Of a stretch of DNA of 46,698 nucleotides, positions 8,173-16,622 are shown piece by piece. Source of the DNA: an uncultured Candidatus Saccharibacteria bacterium (GTDB lineage Bacteria; Patescibacteriota; Minisyncoccia; Phycocordibacterales; WO2-35-19). The DNA is taken from positions 1 through 46,698 of the forward strand of contig CAZVUY010000003.1 in the NCBI GenBank assembly GCA_964630525.1, given 5' to 3'. A model generated the notes under the pieces. That model saw nothing but the letters and a program-made list of their open reading frames with translations, did no database searches and was not told the origin of the DNA. The first letter of the stretch is position 1. Every line of letters begins with the position of its first letter. Position numbers and translations under genes: made by a program.

Positions 8173-9474
8173 ATGCAGACCATGAGTAAATACAGATTCT
8201 GGTCAGTTATCATTATTGCAGCTTCGATCTGGGCCGGTTTTTTTGTTTTTAGCAATCCAAAATTAAAGTTAGGATTGGATCTTTCGGGCGGTACTCATCT
8301 GGTCTACCGAGCTGATATTGCTCAGATCCCTAGTGATCAAGTTTCTGATTCCATGGATTCCTTGCGAGACACGATCGAGCGGCGAGTCAATCTTTTTGGT
8401 GTCTCCGAACCAATTGTTCAAGTGGAGCAGGGAGGGCTTTTTGGTAGCGAAAAAGAGCAGCGATTGATAGTTGAACTGCCCGGGGTCACTGATGTAAATG
8501 AGGCGATCAAGAAAATTGGTGAGACTCCGACTCTCGAATTCAGACTACTCTCCAAAGAAGCGCAGGAAAAACTAAGCAATGGCGGTGGGTCAAGTGAGCT
8601 CGATAATCAAACAGCCGCCTCAATGTTTCTGTCAACCGGACTAACCGGCCGTATGTTGGAGAAAGCTTCAATTCAATTTGATCAAAATCTAGGCAATCGA
8701 CCGGTCATTGGTCTAAAATTCAATCAAGAAGGTTCGGATTTGTTCGCTAAGATCACTAGAGAAAATATTGGCAGTGTGCTGGGTATCTTCTTGGATGGCG
8801 ATTTGATTCAAGCACCGTTTATTCGTGAAGAAATAGATGGTGGTCAAGCGGTGATCACTGGCGACTTTACGCCCGACGAAGCCAGAGCGGTAGTGAGAGA
8901 TTTGAATTATGGTGCTTTACCGATGCCAATTTCTCTCATCAGCACCGAGACTATTGGGGCCACCTTGGGCAATGAAGCGGTAGAGGCGAGTATCAAGGCT
9001 GGTATCTATGCTTTTATTGTGATCGCCTTATTTTTGATCGGTTGGTACCGCCTACCGGGATTGGTGGCCACTTTGGCACTCGCGATTTATACGGTAGCGA
9101 ATCTCTTGCTTTTCCAGTGGTTCTCGATCACTCTCACTGCAGCGGGGATTGCTGGTTTTATCTTGTCTATTGGTATGGCGGTAGACGCCAATATTTTGAT
9201 TTTTGAACGCACCAAAGAAGAATTGAAAAAAGGCAAAGACAAGGCAGCTGCTCTTCGCGAGGGTTTTCATCGAGCCTGGAGCTCTATTCGTGATTCCAAC
9301 TTTTCTAGCATTATAACGGCTGTTATTTTGTATTACTTTGCTTCGACTCCGATGATCAAAGGTTTTGCTCTCGTTTTCTTTATCGGTGTTCTGGTATCGA
9401 TGTTTAGTGCCATCACTGCTTCCAGGACCATCTTGTTTGCGTTGAGTCGGAGTGGAATTAAAAATAATGAATAG
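8173..9474 (+). CDS. secD: Protein translocase subunit SecD
   Basis: 433 aa. Motifs LGLDLSGGTHLVY, a periplasmic domain, and C-terminal TM bundle AGIAGFILSIGMAVDANILIFER. Confidence 0.9.
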   Translation: MQTMSKYRFWSVIIIAASIWAGFFVFSNPKLKLGLDLSGGTHLVYRADIAQIPSDQVSDSMDSLRDTIERRVNLFGVSEPIVQVEQGGLFGSEKEQRLIVELPGVTDVNEAIKKIGETPTLEFRLLSKEAQEKLSNGGGSSELDNQTAASMFLSTGLTGRMLEKASIQFDQNLGNRPVIGLKFNQEGSDLFAKITRENIGSVLGIFLDGDLIQAPFIREEIDGGQAVITGDFTPDEARAVVRDLNYGALPMPISLISTETIGATLGNEAVEASIKAGIYAFIVIALFLIGWYRLPGLVATLALAIYTVANLLLFQWFSITLTAAGIAGFILSIGMAVDANILIFERTKEELKKGKDKAAALREGFHRAWSSIRDSNFSSIITAVILYYFASTPMIKGFALVFFIGVLVSMFSAITASRTILFALSRSGIKNNE

Positions 9475-9504
9475 CTTTACCCCGGAGGGGAAAATAAACT
9501 AAAC

Positions 9505-10431
9505 ATGTCAATAATAAAATACAGAAAAATATTTTATCTGATCTCCAGCTTTTTGCTTTTAGGGTCGTTGCTTTCAATTAGTATCTGGGGTCTTAAACCC
9601 GGGATTGATTTTGCTGGCGGCAGCTTGCTGAGCGTCTCTTTTGAAGAGAAGGTACCAGAGAGCCGATGGATTATCGATACACTTGAAGGTTTAAATCTTG
9701 GTGAAGTATCGGTACGATCAGGAGAAGACGGCTTCATTATCAGAACTCGCGAAATTTCCCAATCAGATAAGGATCGTATCTTGATCGCTTTAGCCGCTAC
9801 TCAAGAATATCGGCCCATTGAGAAAAATTTCAGTTCGATCGGTCCGGTTTTGGGCAAGGAAGCGGTGTATAAATCTTGGGTATCTATCGTTCTGGTTTTG
9901 TTGGCAATCGTCCTTTTCATCGCCTTTGCTTTTCGGAAAATTTCCGCTTCAACTACTAACGGGCTTAACAGAAACAACAAGCTTTCTTCCTGGACATATG
10001 GTCTGGTGACTATTTTTGCTCTCCTGCATGATGTGCTGATCCCGACTGGGGTTTTTGCTATCCTTGGACGCTTCGCTGGGTTTGAAGTCGACACTCTTTT
10101 TGTGACAGCACTTTTGGTGATCCTCGGATTTTCGGTGCACGACACGATAGTTGTTTTCGATCGAGTCAGGGAAAATTTGCTCAAAAACGAGGAGTATAAA
10201 GAGGGTAAGGATTTTGAAACAGTGGTGGGGGAGAGTGTGAGCCAGACTTTAGTGAGATCGATCAACACTTCTCTCACCACGCTCCTATCTATCACTGTCC
10301 TCTACTTCTTTGGTCCGGAAAGTGTTCAAAATTTCTCACTCACACTCTTAATCGGTGTTGCTATCGGTACCTACTCATCAATCTTCATTGGCTCACCACT
10401 TCTGGTGACGATCAATAGTTGGAAAAAATAA
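9505..10431 (+). CDS. secF: Protein translocase subunit SecF
   Basis: 308 aa. Motifs GIDFAGGSLL and LGFSVHDTIVVFDRVREN. It lies immediately downstream of secD. Confidence 0.9.
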   Translation: MSIIKYRKIFYLISSFLLLGSLLSISIWGLKPGIDFAGGSLLSVSFEEKVPESRWIIDTLEGLNLGEVSVRSGEDGFIIRTREISQSDKDRILIALAATQEYRPIEKNFSSIGPVLGKEAVYKSWVSIVLVLLAIVLFIAFAFRKISASTTNGLNRNNKLSSWTYGLVTIFALLHDVLIPTGVFAILGRFAGFEVDTLFVTALLVILGFSVHDTIVVFDRVRENLLKNEEYKEGKDFETVVGESVSQTLVRSINTSLTTLLSITVLYFFGPESVQNFSLTLLIGVAIGTYSSIFIGSPLLVTINSWKK

Positions 10432-10558
10432 CACCTCAACTGGATTTGGATCAATTGTTGGTTAAGAAAGGGAAGACGGATACCTTATTGCTTTTTTGCA
10501 ATACTTTTGCTAAAGTGTAAATAGACACAAAAAATAATAGATAAAAAAGGAGTTTTCT

Positions 10559-10747
10559 ATGCCCAAGATTATCTTTTCGGGTAGCCCTCGCAAGACACCG
10601 AGGGTTCGCAGCTTTGGTCCGAATAAATATCCTTCTCAACGAAAGGTGTTGAGCGAGGAAGAAAGAGAGAGGCTAAGGATCAAACAAGGATCATGGAAGC
10701 CCTTCGGATATTTGCCTTATTATGTAGATACTAAGCCCCATGCTTGA
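10559..10747 (+). CDS. Small basic hypothetical protein
   Basis: 62 aa. AAGGAG at 10547-10552 lies 6 nt before the ATG. Promoter-like TTGCAA-N16-TAAATA is upstream. A hairpin AGCCCCA(10734-10740)/TGGGGCT(10753-10759) plus a T-run spans the stop. Confidence 0.5.
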   Translation: MPKIIFSGSPRKTPRVRSFGPNKYPSQRKVLSEEERERLRIKQGSWKPFGYLPYYVDTKPHA

Positions 10748-10773
10748 AAGTATGGGGCTCCGTTTTTCCCCAG

Positions 10774-10803
10774 TTTGCACCTGGCGGCTCGCGACTTTAT
10801 ACT
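10774..10803 (+). promoter_or_regulatory. Sigma-70-like promoter TTTGCA-N18-TATACT placed 6 nt before ATG 10810 (leaderless arrangement)
   Basis: Hexamers read directly. No SD sequence lies between the -10 element and the ATG. Confidence 0.4.
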
Positions 10804-10809
10804 GATGGA

Positions 10810-11109
10810 ATGAAATCAAGCTTTTATATATCTTTGGGAGTGTGGATTGCGGTCGTACCATTTCTGGGTGTGCCAGGTGCTTGGCGCAATACTTTGGTCA
10901 CTCTCTCCGGCCTTTTCCTGGCTTTAGTTGCTGCCGGCCCAGATATTTTGAAAAGACTACAAAGTAAACCAAAATCAAAACCAAGGAAAAAAGCCGAACT
11001 CAAATTTTCTGATACATCAACTCTTGCGAGTTCTGATCCGCTAGGCACAACTGCACAAAGTACTCCAACTATGACTCCAGATAGTCAAGAACAAAATTCC
11101 CAAGTTTAA
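10810..11109 (+). CDS. Small membrane protein with a Lys/Pro/Ser-rich tail, hypothetical
   Basis: Two predicted TM helices (MKSSFYISLGVWIAVVPFLGVPGAW...LSGLFLALVAAG). The track's TTG start at 10744 is less likely because a terminator-like hairpin sits at 10734-10767. Confidence 0.5.
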   Translation: MKSSFYISLGVWIAVVPFLGVPGAWRNTLVTLSGLFLALVAAGPDILKRLQSKPKSKPRKKAELKFSDTSTLASSDPLGTTAQSTPTMTPDSQEQNSQV

Positions 11110-11117
11110 TAAAATTA

Positions 11118-12338
11118 ATGAGTAGGATAAGTAAAATTTTGGGTTTAGGTGTCGGTGGGACAGCCATCTTGTTTTTTATTGGCTCTTTTGGCATGTCTTC
11201 TGAAATTTCATACACCGAAGCCACTTCTACCACCACCAATCCTGTGTCGGTGCTAGAGCCCAAAGTGGTGCATTTGCCTACCCCGGAACCCCTTAAAGGT
11301 ATTTATATGACCCAGTGTGTGGCTGGGACCCCAAGTTTTAGAGAAAAGGTGGTTAAGCTGATCGAAGAGACCGAGATCAATGCGATCATCATTGATATCA
11401 AAGATTATACTGGGACGGTTTCTTTCAAAACCGGTAACAGTGCGATAGACAGTATTGGCGGTGCTGGCTGCAAAGTGGACGACATGAAAGAATTTGTTGA
11501 GAGTTTGCATGACAAAAATATTTATGTGATCGGTCGAGTGACTGTTTTCCAAGATCCACTCTATACGAAACTTCACCCGGAGCTTGCAGTGAAAAGAAAG
11601 AGTGATGGTGGTGTCTGGAAAGACCGCAAAGGCATTTCTTTCATCGATGTAGGAGCCAAGCCGTATTGGGATCATGTGGTGGCGATCGCCACTTCTTCTT
11701 ATGCAATTGGTTTCGATGAAATCAACTTCGACTACATCCGCTTTCCTTCCGATGGTAACATGCAAGATATTGCTTTCACTCACACCGGCAGTACGACCAA
11801 AAAGGAAATGTTGCGCCAATTTTTTGAGTATCTAGATCTGAAGCTGGTTGGTACCGGTATAGTCACTTCGGCTGATATTTTTGGGATGACCACTACCAAC
11901 ACTGATGATCTAAACATCGGACAGATTCTAGAGCATGCTTTGCTAAATTTCGACTACGTCTCACCAATGGTTTACCCCTCTCACTACCCGCCGAAATTTA
12001 ATGGCTGGCCAGATCCGAACAAAGTACCTTACGAAATTGTAAAGTTTAGTATGGATTCGGCGGTTGCTAGAGCAAATTTTTTGCAGAAAGAAATTTTGGC
12101 TACAACCACCATTTTGGCTGATGGCCGAGTGGCTACCACTACTCCGGATGCCAGATTGGTAAAGAGGGTTCGTCCACTTCAGCTGCGGCCTTGGCTCCAA
12201 GACAATGATTATCCGGTCCACTACACACCGGAGATGGTGCGCAAGCAGATCAAAGCCACTTATGATGCCGGCCTTACATCGTGGATGTTGTGGGATCCGG
12301 CAAATACGTATACAAGAGCTGCGCTCTTTGATAATTGA
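11118..12338 (+). CDS. Putative glycoside hydrolase, DUF4015-type TIM barrel, N-terminally anchored
   Basis: 406 aa. Motifs KGIYMTQCVAGT...INAIIIDIKDYTGTVSF, FDEINFDYIRFPSDG, and an N-terminal TM segment. Confidence 0.7.
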   Translation: MSRISKILGLGVGGTAILFFIGSFGMSSEISYTEATSTTTNPVSVLEPKVVHLPTPEPLKGIYMTQCVAGTPSFREKVVKLIEETEINAIIIDIKDYTGTVSFKTGNSAIDSIGGAGCKVDDMKEFVESLHDKNIYVIGRVTVFQDPLYTKLHPELAVKRKSDGGVWKDRKGISFIDVGAKPYWDHVVAIATSSYAIGFDEINFDYIRFPSDGNMQDIAFTHTGSTTKKEMLRQFFEYLDLKLVGTGIVTSADIFGMTTTNTDDLNIGQILEHALLNFDYVSPMVYPSHYPPKFNGWPDPNKVPYEIVKFSMDSAVARANFLQKEILATTTILADGRVATTTPDARLVKRVRPLQLRPWLQDNDYPVHYTPEMVRKQIKATYDAGLTSWMLWDPANTYTRAALFDN

Positions 12339-12471
12339 CCTAATTATTCTAATTAACCTAATTGACCTAAAAAATGACCAATGCATAAAATATTATGCAA
12401 TATTTGGATTTGGGCAATTATGGTATTTAGAACAATTAGAATAATTTAATACCATATCGTATAATTAAGAC

Positions 12472-14274
12472 ATGAGTGTTGATCCTATCACATATTTTGC
12501 CGAGACTGACGCGAGGAACAAAAAGTTGAAGTTTGGTATCAAAGATGAAGATCGTCTTCGTCATATCTATTCGATCGGTAAAACCGGAATGGGTAAGTCG
12601 ACCATGCTCGAGAATATGGCTATCCAAGATATTCAAAACGGCAATGGGATGGCTTTCCTCGATCCGCACGGCAAGACAGCGGACCTCTTGCTTGATTATA
12701 TTCCAGAACATCGTATCAAAGATGTTATTTATTTTGCTCCTTTTGATACTGAGCACCCGATTTCTTTCAATGTGATGGAGGATGTGGGTCCTGATCGCCG
12801 ACACTTGGTAGTCTCTGGGCTCATGAGTGCCTTTGAAAAAATTTGGGTTGATGCTTGGTCAGCGAGAATGGCTTATATTCTCCAAAATACCCTAGCGGCT
12901 CTCTTGGAATATCCTGGAGCGACGATGCTCGGCATCAACCGTATGCTCTCTGACAAAGCTTATCGTCAGAAAGTGGTCAACAATATTTCTGATCCAACAG
13001 TCAAATCTTTTTGGGTGGATGAGTTTGCCAAATATACCGATCGTTTTGCCGCGGAAGCGACTCCGGCTATTCAGAACAAGGTTGGACAGTTTACTTCCAA
13101 CCCGTTGATTCGCAATATTATCGGCCAACCAACGTCTTCTTTTGACATCAGAAAAGTGATGGATGAAAGAAAGATATTGATTGTGAACCTCTCGAAAGGT
13201 TTGGTTGGTGAGAACAATGCCAACTTGCTTGGTTCAATGTTGGTAACCAAAATTTATTTGGCGGCAATGAGTCGAGCTGATGCTGATCCGCGAGAACTCA
13301 AAAAATTACCAAATTTTTATTTGTATGTTGACGAGTTTCAGTCTTTTGCAAACAAATCATTCGCTGACATTCTCTCCGAAGCCAGAAAATACAAATTAAG
13401 CCTCAATATTACCCACCAATACATCGAACAAATGGCCGAAGAGGTGCGAGCGGCAGTTTTTGGTAACGTGGGCACCATGATTTCTTTTCGCGTAGGCTCC
13501 TTTGATGCCGAAATATTAGAGAAAGAATTCGCACCGGTTTTTACCATGGAAGATATCGTCAATCTTGGTTTTGCCCAAATCTACCTGAAACTAATGATCA
13601 ATAGTGTGGCATCTCAACCGTTTTCGGCGACTACGTTGCCTCCAATTGAGAAGCCAGCAGTTTCTTTTCGGGAGGATGTTATGGAAATGTCTCGCAAGGT
13701 TTATGCCAGACCAAAAGCAGAAGTCGAGCGGGTGATTAGGGAGTGGCACGCACCAGAACCTGAGCCAGCACCCAAACCAATCGCCCCCAAAAATGCTGCT
13801 ACCTTAGATCGGCCTCGATTTGAAGTCAAGAAACCTGACTTGCCAATCAGAAAAGATTTGGATAACAAGTTACCACCAAAGTTGGAGGAAAACAAAAATA
13901 TCAAAATCGGTGAGACCGCGAAAAATGGTGTTTTGGCTAAGGCAATCGAAGAGGCGATGAAGATCAAACACGACACTAGTCCACAAGTGAACTCAAACAA
14001 CACGGTTCCTAAAATAGATTTAAAAATAGGACAAAAAAAAGAAGAACCAAAAGAAGAAAACGGTTTTTCAAAATCTGAGAATAAAGTCTCTTTGCAGGAT
14101 TTGAGAAAAGATGAGAGGAACAAGAACAAAGAGGCAACACCAGAGAACAAAAATGCTCTGAAAGAAGCATTGGCAAAAGCTAAAAGCGTAGAGCTTAAAG
14201 CGCCCCAAGCTTCAAGCTCTAAGCTTCCCAAAGAAGTGCCCGAAGAAACGCTCCGGAAGATTTTGAAAGGATAA
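12472..14274 (+). CDS. VirD4/TraD/TraG-like (type IV coupling protein family) P-loop ATPase with a long disordered C-terminal tail
   Basis: 600 aa. Walker A IGKTGMGKST and Walker B-like FYLYVDEFQSF, then SLNITHQY. No N-terminal TM segment. Roughly the last 190 aa are K/E/P-rich low-complexity sequence. Confidence 0.75.
   Translation: MSVDPITYFAETDARNKKLKFGIKDEDRLRHIYSIGKTGMGKSTMLENMAIQDIQNGNGMAFLDPHGKTADLLLDYIPEHRIKDVIYFAPFDTEHPISFNVMEDVGPDRRHLVVSGLMSAFEKIWVDAWSARMAYILQNTLAALLEYPGATMLGINRMLSDKAYRQKVVNNISDPTVKSFWVDEFAKYTDRFAAEATPAIQNKVGQFTSNPLIRNIIGQPTSSFDIRKVMDERKILIVNLSKGLVGENNANLLGSMLVTKIYLAAMSRADADPRELKKLPNFYLYVDEFQSFANKSFADILSEARKYKLSLNITHQYIEQMAEEVRAAVFGNVGTMISFRVGSFDAEILEKEFAPVFTMEDIVNLGFAQIYLKLMINSVASQPFSATTLPPIEKPAVSFREDVMEMSRKVYARPKAEVERVIREWHAPEPEPAPKPIAPKNAATLDRPRFEVKKPDLPIRKDLDNKLPPKLEENKNIKIGETAKNGVLAKAIEEAMKIKHDTSPQVNSNNTVPKIDLKIGQKKEEPKEENGFSKSENKVSLQDLRKDERNKNKEATPENKNALKEALAKAKSVELKAPQASSSKLPKEVPEETLRKILKG
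14178..14225. repeat. AGCT-phased heptad array II (4 units, a 9-nt step, then 3 units)
   Basis: AGC(T/G) occurs at 14178, 14185, 14192 and 14199, and AGCT at 14208, 14215 and 14222. Confidence 0.8.
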
Positions 14275-14328
14275 TATAAATAAAGGGTGGTTTAAGTAGT
14301 CTGTTTTTGCTAGTATTCTGCTATCTTT

Positions 14329-15516
14329 ATGGCCAAGAAAATACTCATATTTTCCACCGCTTACCATCCATTTATGGCTGGGGCAGAGATCGCCGTCAAA
14401 GAAATCACTGATCGGATTGGTGAGGTGGAGTTTGATTTGATCACTGCCAAAATGGACCGAAAGCTGCCTTTTCGGGAAAGAGTGGGCAATGTGACTGTCT
14501 ATCGTTTGGGTATCGGAGTACCTCTTGTCGATAAATTGCTGCTGCCTTTTGAGGGAGTCTTATTTGTCAGACATTTGGAAAAAAAGAGTAAGTATGATTT
14601 TTATTGGTGCGTGATGGCCAGCTTTGCTTCAGGAGCGGCCTATATTGCCAATATTTTAAATTTCAAGAGTCACGTCCCAGTAATCCTAAATCTTCAAGAA
14701 GGAGATTCGGAGCAATATTTTAAGAAGAAGTGGTTTGGTCTAATCAATTTCGCTTGGCGACTGGCCTTAAACCAGACTTCTTTGCTTACGGTGATCAGCA
14801 ATTATTTGGGAGAGCGAGCCAGAAGGTTTGGATTCAGGGGCGAAATGAAGCTCATACCAAATGGGGTTGATGTTAAAAGCTTCGAGCTAAGAGATTTTAG
14901 CTTAGGGGAGAGAAATAAAATAAGAAGGGAGTGGGGGTTTGGAGAAGGGGATACGGTGTTGATAACTTCTTCAAGACTAAATATAAAAAATGGGATAGGT
15001 GATGTGATAGAAGCACTAGCGCTGCTGCCAGAGAATGTGAAATTTGTTATCTGTGGTATCGGTGAGTTGAGGGAGAGCTTAGAGCTTAGAGCCAAGAGCT
15101 TGAAGGTGGAGGATAGGGTAATTTTTGTCGGTAATATTTCTCACGATTTGCTACCAAAGTACTTGAAATCAGCGGATATTTTTATTCGACCCTCGCTGTC
15201 AGAAGGGTTTGGCCTTTCTTTTGTCGAGGCGATGGCAGCTCGACTGCCGGTTATTGCGACGAGGGTAGGGGGGATAGCTGATTTTCTCGTAGATCCCGCG
15301 AAGCTCGAGCAGAGCGAGATGCGAAGTGGGATGGAAGTGCAGACTGGGTATGTTTGTGAGCCTCAAAATCCGGAAAACGTGGCAAAAACAGTGCAAAGAG
15401 TTATCAATGACGTGGGGCGCAACAGAATAATCGAAAATGCTTATCAGATGGTCAAGGAAAAATATGATTGGGATTTGATCGCAGGAAAAATGAAAGATGT
15501 TTTTGAAGTTAATTAA
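14329..15516 (+). CDS. Glycosyltransferase family 4
   Basis: 395 aa. Motif SLSEGFGLSFVEAMAARLPVIATRVGGIADFL. Confidence 0.85.
   Translation: MAKKILIFSTAYHPFMAGAEIAVKEITDRIGEVEFDLITAKMDRKLPFRERVGNVTVYRLGIGVPLVDKLLLPFEGVLFVRHLEKKSKYDFYWCVMASFASGAAYIANILNFKSHVPVILNLQEGDSEQYFKKKWFGLINFAWRLALNQTSLLTVISNYLGERARRFGFRGEMKLIPNGVDVKSFELRDFSLGERNKIRREWGFGEGDTVLITSSRLNIKNGIGDVIEALALLPENVKFVICGIGELRESLELRAKSLKVEDRVIFVGNISHDLLPKYLKSADIFIRPSLSEGFGLSFVEAMAARLPVIATRVGGIADFLVDPAKLEQSEMRSGMEVQTGYVCEPQNPENVAKTVQRVINDVGRNRIIENAYQMVKEKYDWDLIAGKMKDVFEVN
14878..14902. repeat. AGCT-phased heptad array III
   Basis: AGCT at 14878, 14885 and 14899, with AGAT at 14892. Confidence 0.8.
15076..15107. repeat. AGCT-phased heptad array IV
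   Basis: AGCT at 15076, 15083 and 15097, AGCC at 15090, and AGGT at 15104. Confidence 0.8.
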
Positions 15517-15521
15517 ATAAG

Positions 15522-16622
15522 ATGAAAGAAAGTAAAAAAATAAAGCTTCTTTTGGTTGCTGGTATTTTCCCTCCCGAAATAGGCGGTCCGGCTACTTACG
15601 CGGCAGAGATGGTTAGAGAGTTGCCCGCGAGAGGTTTTGAGGTAGAAGTCTTAACATTTCGATCAGTTAAAAAATGGAGTAAAGTTTTAAGGCATTTCAT
15701 TTTTTTTGTGAATATAGTTTTAAAATCTTTTAGTAAAGATGTTGTTTTTGTTCAGGACACATTGAGCAGTGGTTTTCCTGCTGTTCTGGCTTCAATTTTG
15801 ACAAGGAAACCAACTGTACTCCGTGCTCCCGGTGATAATGTTTGGGAGCAATCAGTCCAAAGATTTGGTGTTAAAGAAAATATTGATATTTTCCAAAATA
15901 AAAAATACGGATTTAAAATAGAGTTTTTAAGGTTTTTACAAAAATTTGCAGTAAGGTTTGCTACAGAAGTTTATACTCCGAGCCGCTATTTTAGTCGACT
16001 GGTGTCCAGCTGGGTAGGGAGCTCTAAAAAAATTGGTACTATCTATAACGGAATTGGTCTTGATTTTAAACCGAGTGGTCAAAAGTATGAAAAGTTGACT
16101 ATGGTTACATCTGGTAGGTTGATATATTCGAAAGGAGTTGTTGGCTTAATTGAACTTTTATCAAAAATGCCTGATTTTCAATTGAAAATAGCCGGCAGTG
16201 GTCCAGAGAAAGAATACTTAGAAGAGAGAGCCAAAGAAATCGGAGTTTATGAAAGGGTTGATTTTTTGGGAACAGTGGATCGAGAAAGATTGATGGGGAT
16301 TGTTTCAAAATCTCATGTTTTTGTGCTGAACACCTACTCCGAAAGTTTTTCTTTTCAAGTTATCGAAGCTCTGGCAACTGGAACTCCGGTAATCACTACC
16401 AAGGTAGGTGCTTTACCGGAAATAATAACCAATGAAGAGAACGGAATATTAGTAACACCGGACGATCTGGTTTCTATAGAGAAGTATATTCGTAAAATAA
16501 TAGGGGAAGACATTTTTAGACAAAAACTTTCTAAAAATGGAATAGAAAGATCAAAAGATTTTTCGGTTAAAAATACTATGGATCAGTTAGATAAATTACT
16601 AAAATCTGTTATAAGAAAATGA
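15522..16622 (+). CDS. Glycosyltransferase family 4
   Basis: 366 aa. Motifs LLVAGIFPPEIGGPATY and YSESFSFQVIEALATGTPVITTKVGALPEII. The stop overlaps the next start (ATGA). Confidence 0.85.
   Translation: MKESKKIKLLLVAGIFPPEIGGPATYAAEMVRELPARGFEVEVLTFRSVKKWSKVLRHFIFFVNIVLKSFSKDVVFVQDTLSSGFPAVLASILTRKPTVLRAPGDNVWEQSVQRFGVKENIDIFQNKKYGFKIEFLRFLQKFAVRFATEVYTPSRYFSRLVSSWVGSSKKIGTIYNGIGLDFKPSGQKYEKLTMVTSGRLIYSKGVVGLIELLSKMPDFQLKIAGSGPEKEYLEERAKEIGVYERVDFLGTVDRERLMGIVSKSHVFVLNTYSESFSFQVIEALATGTPVITTKVGALPEIITNEENGILVTPDDLVSIEKYIRKIIGEDIFRQKLSKNGIERSKDFSVKNTMDQLDKLLKSVIRK

Noticed and set aside
9801-10295. 164-aa minus-strand ORF inside secF, and similar antisense ORFs at 11253-11819, 11961-12386, 12436-12804 and 13701-14231
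   Set aside because: Each overlaps a confidently identified plus-strand gene over its whole length. Their compositions (R/S/K-rich) are typical of antisense frames.
15312-15340. Possible eighth heptad array (AAGCTCGAGCAGAGCGAGATGCGAAGTGG) in an apparent 15-aa insertion of the GT4 at 14329-15516
   Set aside because: The AGC spacing is 6/5/7 nt rather than a strict 7, so I did not count it as a member of the family. It may be a degraded copy.
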